Source: Azolla caroliniana
Taxonomy: Eukaryota > Plantae > Polypodiophyta
Reading direction: 5' to 3'
Length of the DNA: 64,000 nucleotides
Assembly (NCBI GenBank): GCA_043228905.1
Contig: JBHGNT010000018.1
Span: forward strand, 15,748,001 to 15,812,000
The notes under the pieces were generated by a model. It was not told the DNA's origin. It searched no databases and worked only from the letters and a program-made list of their open reading frames with translations. The position numbers and the translations under genes are program-made. Each line of letters begins with the position of its first letter. Within the stretch, counting starts at the first letter, position 1. Positions 51,601 to 64,000 of the stretch are shown here, in pieces.

Positions 51601-51944
51601 GAGGATCAACACTTCAACGACAATCCAAAGATCATGCCATTATTCAAAGTCGACATTGTCAAGGCACTCATGCCATATTTCGGAGAAAACGACAAAGAAG
51701 ATGAGGTGTAGGTCGATGATAAAACTTTGACAGAATTACGCCTGCAATAGGAAGCAATGGAAAGGGAAATGCAAGTATCCCAGCGAGTACATGCTTCGGC
51801 ATTAGAAGAATTGAATCGAGCCGACATAGACGCCTAGCCAAAAACAGTTCTCATAGCGAAGGAAATGCAGTTGGCCGATAAGGAAAAATTGACCGAACTT
51901 CTATGACAATACAAAGATGTGTTTGCGTGGTCGTTCGAAGATAT
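48660..51944 (+). mobile_element. Decayed Ty3/gypsy (Tat-like): LTR ~48660-49201, Arg-type PBS, gag, protease, start of RT
   Basis: TGTTAG...GTCAACA then TTTGGCACGCTCGG; CCHC knuckles (CATCLNLGHSTVKC, CPICHSKAHTID, CRKDGHYVNQC); protease IIDRGS...LLLRRPWL; YKDVFAWS at the RT start. Confidence 0.85.
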
Positions 51945-54900
51945 TGTTACGAAGGCGCTATGACTCTTTTGTGTGCACAACGGATCGTGATGTGCTAGAT
52001 CGTTTACAGCTCAAGATAGAAAGGAAGGGGAGGGAGACTTACCTCTGTGTAAAACAAACACTTCTATTCCATTACACGCAAAGCTCAACTCACTCTCGTC
52101 AGCTGTTTTTTGTTCTTTTGTTCTTACTTCTCTCTACTCTCACTACTCTACTACATACTTTTTACCTAAGTTATAAGTCACTTACATATGTAACTAATTA
52201 GCTGTCAGTAGCCAAATAACTGTGCGTAGCTAAATAACTGTTTCACCTTTATGTCCACTAGTAGCTAATTAACTAATAACTACTATAGCTTATTTCTCAA
52301 TAAGCATCACATACCTTTGTTGAGCTTGCTTCTCAACACTCCCCCTCAAGCTCAACTTATCCTTTCTTGGGATCATGTTCAATCTTCGTTTCTTCATGCT
52401 TTTCAGCTACCATGCCGATGGTTATAACTCCCATCATGTCTCTAAACTGTGTATGTTTTTCCATGCTCAATCCCTTCGTAAGAATATCAGCCACTTGCTG
52501 ATTTGTACTTACGTACAACAGATCCACTTCTCCATCAATCACTTTTTCTCTAACAAAGTGATAATGCACTTCAATGTGCTTTGTTCTTGCATGGAACACT
52601 AGGTTTTTTGCGAGCTGAATGTTGGTCATATTGTCACACCAAATTGTGACAACACCATCTATATATTCTCCCAAATCAGCAAGCAGTCTTCTGATCCATA
52701 CCTCTTCACAGGTAGCTATTGCAGCTCCTCTATATTCAGCTTCAGTACTTGATAATGCAACAACAGTCTTCTAATCCATACCTCTTCACAGGTAGCTATT
52801 GCAGCTCCTCTATATTCAGCTTCAGTACTTGATAATGCAACAATAGCTTGTTTCTTGCTACTCCATGAAATAATTGCACTTCCCAATGTAAACATATATC
52901 TGTCATAGACACACCAAGTGCGGACTAAGACAGAGCACAGACGATAAGTCTATGACAGAGCGATGACGCGAGGAACAAGAGCATAAAGATAGAGATGAAG
53001 ATCAAGGAGAGAGGATGGGCGAAATGGGAATACTAGATTGATATGTCCATGACTGGCGTTGTTCACCTTGAATTCCTTCAAGGTGAACTCAACTATTTAT
53101 ACTGAGTGGCATGCATACCTGTTGCACGCATGTGATACAATAGAGCATGTAGGCAGTAGGTACGCATGCATGTGCCAAGTGTTAATAATACAAGGGAGAA
53201 ATTATGCACATGATGCTAGCTAAAACCTACAATGAGGAAATATATACATGATTATATGTTAGATGTGTGGTTAGCACATAACACTCGATTACAACATGGT
53301 TATGTCAAGAGTTCGAATCTTGACATTATCACCCCTCCAACGATGCCTTCCCAAATCGTTTGTCGGCTTAAGGGGATATTGTTGATGAAAATCTTAGATC
53401 ACCTCCAAAGTATTTTGTAAACCCTAGACAATGAGTAACCCTTCCACAAGACGAGGTATTTAACACCAACGGGCATGAGCGACCATGTGTGGTCCTCGCC
53501 TAGAACTAGAACACAAATATCAACGGGTGTGAGCAACCATGTGCAGTCCTCACGGGGAGCATGAACACCAAGGGGCATGAGTGACCATGCGGGGTCCTTG
53601 TCAGGAACTGGAACGGTCCTCGCTGAGAGTTGGAACACGAACACCAACGGGTGTGAGCGACCATGATGTCCTCACCGAGAAATGGAACACAAACGAGTGA
53701 GCGACCATGTGGCCCTCACCGGGAACAGGAACACGAACGAGAGTAATCGACGATGTGTGGTCCTCACCGGGAACTAGAACATGAACAACAACGGGCATGA
53801 GGAACCATGTCGGTCCTCACCGGGATCTGGAACACAAACAATAGTTGGAGTGAGTGACCATGTGTGGTCCTCACTAGAGACTGGAACACGAACACCAACG
53901 GGCATGAGAGACCATGTTGGTCCTCGCCGAGAGTTGGAACACGAACACCAACGGGCGTGAGTGACCATGTGAGGTCCTCACCGCGAGAACTGGAACATGA
54001 GCCGCAATGGGCATGAGCGACCATGTGCGGTCCTCGCCGGAGACTGGAACACGAACGGGAGTGAGCGACCATGTGGCCCTCACTGGGCACAAGAACACGA
54101 ATGGGCGTGAGCGACCATGCGGCCCTCACCGGGAACTAGAACACGAACACGAACGGGAAAGAAACTAAAAAATAGAGACAATGATGAGGAGAACTAAAAG
54201 CCAATAAAAATTATGAGAAGAAACTAGGAGATAGAAACGACGAGGAAGATAGGAAATGAAGCGATGTTGATGATGGTACGGTGACGATGGTAACTCTAGA
54301 AGCAAAGGCGATGACGGAGACGGGTGATGCTTCTAGTTGGAAGGTGAACAAACTATCATGGACACACCAAGCGCGGACTAAGATAGAGCACGGATGGTGA
54401 GGCTATGACGGAGCGATGATGCGAGGAACAAGAGCATAAAGATAGAGATGAAGATCAAGGAGAGAGGATGGGCGAAATGAGAATACTAGATTGATATGTC
54501 CATGACTGGCGTTGTTCACCTTGAATTCCTTCAAGGTGAACTCAACTATTTATACTGAGTGGCATGCATACCTGTTGCACGCATGTGATACAATAGAGCA
54601 TGTAGGCAGTAGGTACGCATGCATGTGCCAAGTGTTAATAATACAAGGGAGAAATTATGCACATGATGCTAGCTAAAACCTATAATGAGGAAATATATAC
54701 ATGATTATATGTTAGATGTGTGGTTAGCACATAACACTCGATTACAACATGGTTATGTCAAGAGTTCGAATCTTGACAATATCCACTTGTGGATCTTCTG
54801 TCAGTTTGGCTTCTAGCCCTATCAACATCTGTATATCCTTCCAGCTTTATGTCCAAATCAGCCCTGTAAAACAATCCATAATTTAGAGTAGATTTTACAT

Positions 54901-57900
54901 ACCTCAAAATTCTTCTTATGCAGTCTAAATGTGACTTTGTTGGCTGTTGCATAAACTGGTTGACTAATCCAACAACATAACTCAAATCAGGTCTTGTTAT
55001 AGTCAAATATATGAGGTTGCCCACCCTAGACTTGTACATGTTTATATATTCTATTTTGGCTCTCAAATCAGCCCTCAATTTGCAGTTCTTATCTAGTGGT
55101 ACACCAATAGGTTTGCATCCAAGCATACCATACTTCTTCAACATAGTTGTTGCATACTGTTTTTGCAACATATATATACCACTTTCAGATCAAAGTATCT
55201 CAGCTCTCCCAAATCCTTCATATGAAATTGCATTTCAAGATTTGTTTCCAGCTTGCTTATTTCATCCATGGAATCATCTCAAATGATTAAATCATCAACA
55301 TAAATCAAAATAACAACAATGCAATCATTTATCCTTTTTACATACAATGATGGATCAACCTTTGACATTTTGAAAGCAATTTTTTTTAGAGATTCTAAAA
55401 GTTCTTTATGCCATGCTCTCGATGCTTGTTTTAGTCCATAGAGAGCCTTTTGCAGCCTACATACATATTCTGAATGCTTCTTATCTTCAAAACCTGGTGG
55501 TTGACACATATACACTTCTTCTTCCAAGTTACCATGTAAAAAAGCATTTTTTACATCCATATGGTGCAGAACCCATCTTTTGGCTGCACTCATAGTAAGT
55601 AGTGTTCTCAAGGTTGCCATTTTTGCAACCGGTGCAAATGTTTCATCGTAATCAATACCTTGCATCTGGGCATATCCCTTTGCCACAAGTCTTGCTTTAT
55701 GTCTACTAAAATTTCCATTGGAACCATGCTTTGTCTTGTAGACCCATTTGCAACCAACAACATTTTTTCCTTTTGGTATTTTTACCAAATCCCATGTTTT
55801 GTTTTTACCCAATGCATCTATTTCTTCTTGCATTGCATTCACCCATTTCTTATCCGATTTTACTTCATCAAAATTATTTGGATAAGGGATTTGTACCACT
55901 TTAGACATGTATGCATAATGCATAGCCATGTATGTATCATAACCAAATCTTTCAACCGTCTTTTTCTCTCTATCTGATCTTCTCAGTTTCTGATTTGCAT
56001 CTTTCATTGCCTTTTCCATACTAAGGATTTTCAAGGCTCCTATACCAAGCTCATCATCCAATGATGTATCTCAATCTACATCTTCCATGTTTCTAGATCC
56101 ATCATCAAGCATTTCATATTCTGGCATTTTCTGTTTTCCCTTTCTATCATCATATTTTTTGTCTTGCATTTTTTCCACTCCAAGCATTAGATTCAGATTT
56201 ACTACCAGAGTTTTTAGATGGTCCGGAACATTCTATTGATGTTGAACTTTGCTGTCCAACATTGTATCCATTTCCATGGGAATCTCTTCCATTTTCAGAT
56301 TTTTCTCTATCTTCATTTTCACAGTCTTCATCAGTTTCTACATTTCCTTTTGGGTTGTACCAGCTGCCCAACTCATCAAATATTACATCATGGCTTACCA
56401 CAATCTTTTTTGTTAAAGGGTTATAGCATCTATACACTTTTTGCTCCTCTGAATATCCAAAAACACATTTTTAAGCTTTTGGATCAAGCTTACTTCTCAC
56501 TTTAGCAAGTACATGAACATAGGCAAGGCATCCAAACAATTTTAAGTGTCCTAAACTTGGTTTTCTGCCATAGAAACATTCTTTAGGAGTTACTTCATGT
56601 ACTCCAGATGTTATACATCTATTTAGGATATAGTTTGCTGTGTTTACAGCTTCTGCCCAATAATACAATGGCCTCTTTTTTTTTGTCATTAAAGCTCTTG
56701 CTATGTTCACCAAAGTTTTGTTTTATCTCTTAGTAACTCCATTTTGCTGTGGAGTATATCTACATGTAAACTGTCTCCTTATTCCTTGATTGCATGCTTT
56801 TCCACCATCCATTTAAACTTATGAAAGCAATCAAATACTTCACTTTTTTCTTTCATGAAGTAAACCCATGTTTTCCTTGAGCAATCATCAATAAATGTTA
56901 CATAAAACTTACATCCACTAATTGATGCATTTTTTGTTGGTCCCCATACATAAGTATGTACCAAATCCAACAAATTTTTGCTTACATGTCTTTCATGAGG
57001 GAAAGGCAACCTGTTTTGCTTTCCATATTGACATGCTTCACATATTTTGCTCATCTCACAATCTTTCAACTTAGGCAGTCTAACCACTGCATTTTTCCTC
57101 AACATATTTTTCATGGTTTGCATACTTATGTGACCAATTCTTTTATGCCACATTTCCACATCTGAGATTACACTCATTCCTTCTGCAAACATGGCTATAA
57201 TCTTATTAGGCATATCCATATCTAACACAAACATAATTCCTTGACGTTTTCCTTTTGCAATAAGTTTTCCCTGTTTCTCTATAAAGCATCCACTTTGGTT
57301 GAACTTAACTTGCATTCCTTGCTCCACTATTTGTCCAACAGAAAATAGATTTTTTGCAAGGTTTAGCACATGCATCACATTCAACATATACTTTGTTTTT
57401 CCTTTTTCTTCCCACAATGGGATATCTCCAACATGCTCGATTGTATGGGTGGTGTTATCACCTGTTTGTACATAACCGGGAACCTCTGGTTCTCTTAGAC
57501 TTTCAAACCAGTTTGTATGTCCTGTCATATGATTAGATGCCCTAGAATCTACATACCACATAAACTCTTCATTGCATCTTTGTGAACATTCAGCCATTGC
57601 TGTTGTTTCATGTTGCACCACAAATGCAATATCTTTATCGATCTTCACTAGTTGAGGCATACAATTATTTTGCTGTCTCTTCCCTCTTTTTTCATCATTT
57701 TGCTTTTTATAGCATTCAGCTTGTGTATGGCCTGGTTTTACACAATACCAACAACCATCATCATTCAAATAAGTTTGCTTGACTCTACCTCGATTGCTCC
57801 CCCTATCTCTGATGTTGTTTCTTCCACTTGTTACCTGTTGTCCTCTTCCTTGATAACTATTGTTGATTCTAGTTGAACCAAATTTTCCATGGCCTCTTCA

Positions 57901-58840
57901 TCAGCCTCTTCCAGCACTATTGTAGAGGGCTTGCCCCTCAGTCTCAGAGTTTCCTTTGTTTACATCATCCATTTGATTTCTTTCTTCCACTACAAGCATT
58001 GAAACTAGATCTAGAAAACTTGGGATGCTATCCCTTGTGAAAATAGATGTTTTGAAGCTTTTATATTGAGGTCCTAAGCCTCTTAAGCATATTTCCACCT
58101 TATCATCATCTTCTACCTTCACATTAATAGAAGCAAGTGATTCACATATGCTCTTTATTTTTGGAGCATACTCATTCACTGACATCTTACCTTTATCCAA
58201 GGTATTCAGCTCAGTCTTTAACTGAAGCTTTCTAGTCTTTGTGTTCACTGCAAATAGTTTTACCAAACTGTCCCAAGCTTCTTTTGGAAGCATAACATCC
58301 TGTATGTGTCCAAGCATCAAACTGAGATGCTAAGTGAGAGCCAATGCAATACTTTCCTTGCCCCTTGATTCCATTCCTTAAATGCTTTAACATCTGCAAC
58401 AGTTGCATTTTCTTCAAGGATCTTTGGAGCCTCTTTTAGGTCTCCTTCAATGTAATCCCAATATCCTTTTCCCACTAGGAAGTTTGTCATTCTGAATTTC
58501 CACGTCGGGAAATTGTTTGTAACCAGCATTTCTGTGACTATTTGGCTTCCATTCTCAGCAACCATTCTCTCTTTCAATTAGGGCTTTTGCTATGATTAAC
58601 TTCACAGACAACTCTCTGATTTAGATCAACAACCAGAACCAAACTTCTCAGATTTGTACTACTCTAATCTTCTTTACGAGCAACTCTACTCTGATACCAT
58701 ATTACGAAGGCGCTACGGCTCTTCTGTGTGCACATCGGATCGTGATGTGTTGGATCATTTAGTGCTCAAGATAGAAAGGAAGGGGAGGGAGACTTACCTC
58801 TATGTAAAACAAACACTTCTATTCCATTACATGCAAAGCT
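51945..58840 (-). mobile_element. Near full-length decayed Ty1/copia (copia B)
   Basis: 3' LTR 51945-52338 with PPT; 5' LTR starts 58700, truncated at 58840 by insertion; Met PBS CTCTGATACCA; gag, CWYCVKPGHTQAEC, WYVDSRASNHM, integrase, RT (55279-56061), RNase H. Confidence 0.95.
52901..54778 (-). mobile_element. Non-autonomous chromovirus-derived LTR element (1878 bp)
   Basis: 425-bp LTRs at 52901-53325 and 54354-54778; TSD ATATC; PPT GGAGGGGTGATAA; chromodomain-like remnant VKYLVLWKGY; interior is ~55-60-bp tandem repeats. Interrupts copia B at RRSTSGY. Confidence 0.95.
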
Positions 58841-59370
58841 TGTTACCCGTAGAAGTTGTATGGGGTGATATAAGGGTAGAACACATTAAAGGGGTTGTTC
58901 GGTATATGTAATGTATATGAGTGTGAGGATGAGTATGTGTGAGCACATGCACAATTATGTGCATGTGACAAGAATGTGATAGTCTCTTTTTATAACGGAC
59001 ATATTTACCGTTACATTATGTACTATAAAAACCCCTTATGGGGGCACGTAAAGAATATAGTTTTTCCCCCTCTCATTTGGTGTCATTTCCTATTTGTCGT
59101 TCTCTCTTGCTCTCTCTCTAACGTAACCCCCTAGGCTTCACCCCCCCCACCCAACAACACTTTTGGCATGCATGGTGGGACGACCCTCCCTTGAGAGGAA
59201 GTCTATCCCTCTTTCCCTCTCTATTGCATCTCTATGTCTTATTTGCGAGTATGCCCGAGTGTGTGGGTGTGTGCTATTGTGAACGAAACCTAAAGCCAAG
59301 CAAGATCGTCCATGGCCATGGTGCTTGAAGCTCCCACTCCCTCTCCTCATCACGATTCCTTTCTCCCTCC
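58841..59370 (+). mobile_element. Short LTR (58841-59159) plus Arg-type PBS and leader of another gypsy-like element
   Basis: TGTTACC...CAACAACA, TATAAAA at ~59024, then TTTTGGCATGCATGGTGGGAC. Starts exactly where the copia B 5' LTR stops matching its 3' LTR. Confidence 0.7.
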
Positions 59371-62300
59371 TGTTGGGATTACGGTCCCTTCGGATGGGAT
59401 GGTCGGATGTCGGAGATGAATGCCGACGAGCCCGGTTTCGGTTTCGGAACCGGATGATGAAGACCCCGGCTTCGGAGCCGGATGACGAATGTACCCGGAG
59501 AGAGATCCGGATGCGGGGACATATCCGTGAATATGTTTGCTAAGGGCCCTTGAGGCTATAGTTGTAAATAGCCCCAAAGTCATATGTGTATAAATATGAC
59601 TTAGGGCAAACAGTTTTAATGTTGCTTCTTATTTTTCTGTTTTTCCACTCAAGAGGAGTGAAGAGAGAGCAGCCGTGAGAGAGATAGAGCGTGAGAGAGG
59701 AAGAGGTCGACGCCTCTGTGTATTTCCGCCGCCTGTGGCGAGGACAGCGAGCTCAAGGTCGTCGCCTTGCAGCTCGCCATTGTATACTTCTCTGTCCATA
59801 GTTTTGGTTCGGAGTCTTGTACTCCCGTGGTTTTTCCCGTACAGGGTTTTCCACGTTAAATCGTGTGTCCACTGCATTTCCCATCTTCTGCAACAACGAT
59901 TCGTGTGTTTCCTTGGTTGTGGCCGAGAGGTGAAGTTTTGGAAAGTGTCGATTAATTTTCCATCAATTTGGTATCAGAGCGAACTGCTGCAGAAAATGGA
60001 AGGCGGCGGCAGCGGGCAGCCGGGGATGATGGTGCTGAATGCGCAGAATTACGCCGACTGGAAGATCAAGATGGAGGATCTTCTGATTGTTCGGGACCTG
60101 TACGAACCGATTGACAGGTCGGAAATACCGAAGGGGGTACTTGAGTCGGAATGGAGGCTTCTGAACCGGAAAGCCGTTGCAACCATTCGGCAATACGTCG
60201 ACGTGAGCGTTCTACAACATGTGGCGAACGACACCAACGCATATGAGATGTGGCGGAAGCTGTCGGGCCTCTATGAGAGGAAGAATGCGTTGAACCGGAC
60301 CTCCCTGATGAGGAAGATAGTGAACCTCAAGTACCGGGACGGCGAGAGTATGGTGGAACACGTAAGCACGTTCATGGGATTCGTGAACCAGCTTGCGGCG
60401 ATCAAGTTCCCGCTGGAGGATGCAATGCAAGCCATCATTCTGATGTGTACATTGCCGGAAAGCTAGGAGAACTTGGTGGTGACTCTCAGCACCTCCTGCA
60501 CCGAAGATAACTTGTCCCTACAAACGGTAAAGACAAGTATTTTGAACGAAGAAGCGCGTCGGAGAGATAAAGAACCGGCCTCCGACTCGAAGGCGCTGCT
60601 TACCGAATCGGAACGGGGAAGACAATGGAACCGGAGTCCGCAAAGACGGGAGAAGTCGGGGACCCGGTCGCAGTCAAGAGTAGGACCCACATGCTTCCAC
60701 TGTGGGAAGCCGGGGCACTTCCGGAAGAATTGTCGGCATTACCGAAAGGACAACGGAGCCGACGACACCGATTCGAAGAAGTCACCGGAGAGAAACGGTG
60801 CATACCGGGGAGCCACGGACCGGAGAGGTCCGGATCGGCGAGGGCAGGACCGAAAAGGAACGACGGCACTCGCGGCAAGTGAGGAAGAAATCATGCTCAT
60901 CACCGAAGAAGGTGAACTAAACATTGCCGGCGATGAGACGACCTGGGTGGTCGATTCCGGAGCGTCGTTCCACCTGACCCCGGAAAGAAGATACTTCTCA
61001 TCCTACACAGCCGGTGAGCATGGCTGTGTTCGGATGGGAAATGAAGGTACGTGCCGGATTGCCGGCATAGGAGACGTGTGGTTGACAACCCCGACCGGAT
61101 GCAAAATGCTGCTGAAGGATGTCCGACACGTTCCGGAGGTTCGATTGAACCTGATTTCGGCCGGGAGGCTAGACGATGAAGGCTACACAGGTAGCATCCG
61201 GAACGGCGTAATGAAGTTCAGCAAGGGGAGCCTGATAGTGGCTCGGGCCCGGAAAGTCAACACCCTGTACCTGATGAATGCCCGTTTATGTCCGGAAGAG
61301 CTGAATGTGGCAGCCGACACTGCCGGTGAGCTGTGGCACAAAAGACTGTGCCACATGAGTGAGAAGGGGATGAAGAGGCTTGCAGAAGACAACCTTATTC
61401 CAGTGAAGCATGTGCACCTGGAGAAGTGCACCGATTGCCTGGCCAGTAAGCAGAACCGAACCTCCTTCCACTCAAGGCCACCGACGAGACGTAGTGCACC
61501 ATTGGAGTTGGTGCATACTGATGTGTGTCAGGTAGAAACGAAGTCACATGCCGGAGCCCAGTACTTCGTGACATTCATTGATGATCACAGCCGGAAGCTG
61601 TGGACGGCACCGTTGAAGACAAAGGACCAAGTGTTGTCCGTCTTCAAAGAACTCCACGCGAGAGTGGAAAGGGAATCCGGCAAGAAGCTGAAAGCGATAC
61701 GAGCGGATAACGGAGGGGAATACCGGGGGCAGTTCGCGGAGTACTGTCGCTCGAAGGGAATCCGGCTCGAGTTTACTATGCCGAAGACGCCGGAACTGAA
61801 CGGGCTGGCCAAGAGGATGAACCGGACCATAATGGAGAGGGTCCGGAGTATGCTGGCGCATGCGGAATTACCCAAGGGGTTTTGGGCTGAGGCGATGTCG
61901 ACGGCGACATACATGATAAACAGATCACCCTCAGTACCTTTGGACGGAGACACGCCGCAGAGAGTGTGGACCGGTAGGGAAGTATCCTACTGGCATCTGA
62001 AGGTGTTCGGGTGTCTCGCATACGTGCATGTGGCAAAGGACCGGAGAGGAAAGCTAGATCCAAAGACCCGGCCATGCATATTCCTCGGTTACGGCGACGA
62101 CGAGTTCGGCTACCGAGTATGGGACCCGGTCGACAAGAAGATATTCAGGAGTCGAGATATCATCTTCATGGAGGACAAGACACTCGCCGACTGGGAGTCG
62201 GAGAAGAAGATGAAGAGCTCCAAGTCGACCGGTGAGGATCAACTCTACGAAGAGCAGTCCCGACCGGCAAGGGACCGGTTAGCACTCGAGGATCCGGCCA

Positions 62301-64000
62301 AAGACGGTGAAGAAACAGAACCGGCCGAAGAAGATGAAAATGATACCGGAACCGGCCCCGATCCCGAAATGGATTCGGATGAAGAAGAATCGGAAGAACC
62401 GGTTACTGAAGCTCCGGAACGGAGATATCCTCTAAGAGAGAGAAGGCCCCCCCGGAGATTTCCGGAACCAGAGCACGTGCTGCTAACCGACGAAGGGGAG
62501 CCGGAGAGCTTTGAAGAAGCAAAGCATGACACCCAAAGCCGCAGGTGGTTGAGTGCCATGCAGGACGAGATGGATTCCCTGCATGAGAACCACACATATG
62601 AACTTGTGGAGTTGCCGAAAGGAAAGCGGGCACTTCGAAACAAGTGGGTGTTCAAGCTGAAACCGGGAGATGCCGGAAACCCCCCGAGATACAAAGCCAG
62701 GATCGTGGTGAAGGGGTTTCAGCAGAAGAAGGGCGTCGACTTCGACGAGATATTTGCCCCGGTAGTGAAGATGACCTCCATCCGGACGGTGCTGAGCATA
62801 GCGGCAAGCATGGACCTCGAGGTAGAACAGATGGACGTGAAGACGGCATTCCTTCACGGTGACCTCGAAGAAGAGATCTACATGCAGCAACCGGAAGGAT
62901 TCGAGAAGAAAGGGAAGGAGCACCTGGTATGCCGGTTGAAGAAGAGCCTTTACGGACTGAAGCAGGCTCCCCGGCAATGGTACTGGAAGTTCGACTCCTT
63001 CATGACCGACGAAGGGTACCTCAAAACGCAGTCCGACCACTGCGTGTTTGTGAAGAAGTTCGAAGGAGGAGACTTTCTAATACTCCTCTTGTACGTGGAC
63101 GACATGTTGATCGTCGGACGAGACCAGGTCAAGATACGGATGCTGAAGAAGGCTCTTCACCGAACCTTCTCAATGAAGGACCTGGGTCCGGCGAGGCAAA
63201 TACTAGGGATGCACATCATCCGGGACCGGAAGAAGAAGCAGTTGTGGCTGTCATAGGAGAAGTACGTGACAAAGGTGCTTCACCGGTTCAACATGTCGGA
63301 AGCAAGACCGGTCGGGTCAACACTCCCGGCAAACTGCAAGCTGTCCAGCAAGCAAAGCCCCAAGACAAAGGCTGAGAAGGAGGCCATGATGAAAGTACCA
63401 TATGCCTCTGCCGTCTGGAGCTTGATGTACGCAATGATGTGTACAAGACCGGACATAGGATATGCAGTCGGAGTGGTGAGCCGGTACATGAGCAATCCCG
63501 GCAAAGAGCATTGGAACGCAGCCAAGTGGATACTCCGATACCTGAAGGGCACGGCAAACGTGTGCCTCCGATTCGGCTCCGGTAAGCCCGAACTCGACGG
63601 CTTCACCGATTCGGATATGTCGGCTGATGCAGATACCAGCCGGTCCACATCAGGGTATGTGATGACGTATGCAGGGGGAGCTGTCTCATGGCAGTCGAGG
63701 CTGCAGAAGACGGTTGCGTTGTCAACCACTGAGGCGGAGTACATGGCGGCTGTTGAAGCCGGCAAGGAAATAATATGGATGAAGGACTTCATTAGAGAGC
63801 TCGGTATCCGGCAGGAGGAGTACCGACTCTACTGCGACAGTCAGAGTGCAATCCACCTTGCGAAGAACGCGGCCTATCACTCCCGGACGAAGCACATCCA
63901 GCGAAGATATCACTGGATCCGGGAAAGGATAGAAGACAAGGAGTTCGTGCTGACGAAGGTCCACACGGACGAGAACGGGTCGGATATGCTGACCAAGGTG
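59371..64000 (+). mobile_element. Young Ty1/copia (copia C, Tnt1/Tork-like), runs off the window
   Basis: LTR 59371-59965 (TGTTGG...CCATCA); PBS TGGTATCAGAGC at 59969-59980; single-frame gag-pol from ATG 59996 with only two TAG stops. Confidence 0.97.
59996..64000 (+). pseudogene. Copia C gag-pol polyprotein with nonsense codons at 60464-60466 and 63254-63256
   Basis: CFHCGKPGHFRKNC, WVVDSGAS, LWHKRLCH, DNGGEY, MDVKTAFLHG, LYVDDM, RNase H. The stops replace expected W (LPESW) and Q (WLSQ). Confidence 0.92.

Noticed and set aside
60600-63964. Many overlapping alternative-frame and antisense ORFs
   Set aside because: Expected by-products of the GC-rich copia coding sequence.

Overview
Transposon-dense region of a eukaryotic nuclear genome, most likely a seed-free land plant (fern-like; inferred from PLS-PPR genes, RTEX-like LINEs, Tcn1-like chromoviruses and tRNA-Trp-primed gypsy LTRs). 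1-30 kb is a mosaic of decayed Ty1/copia, Ty3/gypsy and LINE sequence. It includes a ~2.7 kb insertion made of two INVERTED LTRs with a 4-bp TSD, and a cluster of (CT)n-embedded RTEX-like LINEs, one with an intact 1247-aa ORF2. 30-46 kb is a gene island: a decayed B3-domain gene, a P-type PPR gene split by one in-frame TGA, and an intact PLS-E PPR gene oriented away from it. The two PPR genes are separated by a non-autonomous hAT element, an old L1, a solo LTR and a TGT...ACA hairpin element. 48-64 kb is a multi-level nest of LTR retrotransposons, including a non-autonomous, apparently self-priming chromovirus and a young GC/CCGG-rich copia that runs off the window end. All calls were made by eye, coordinates of decayed elements are approximate, and no database searches were run.
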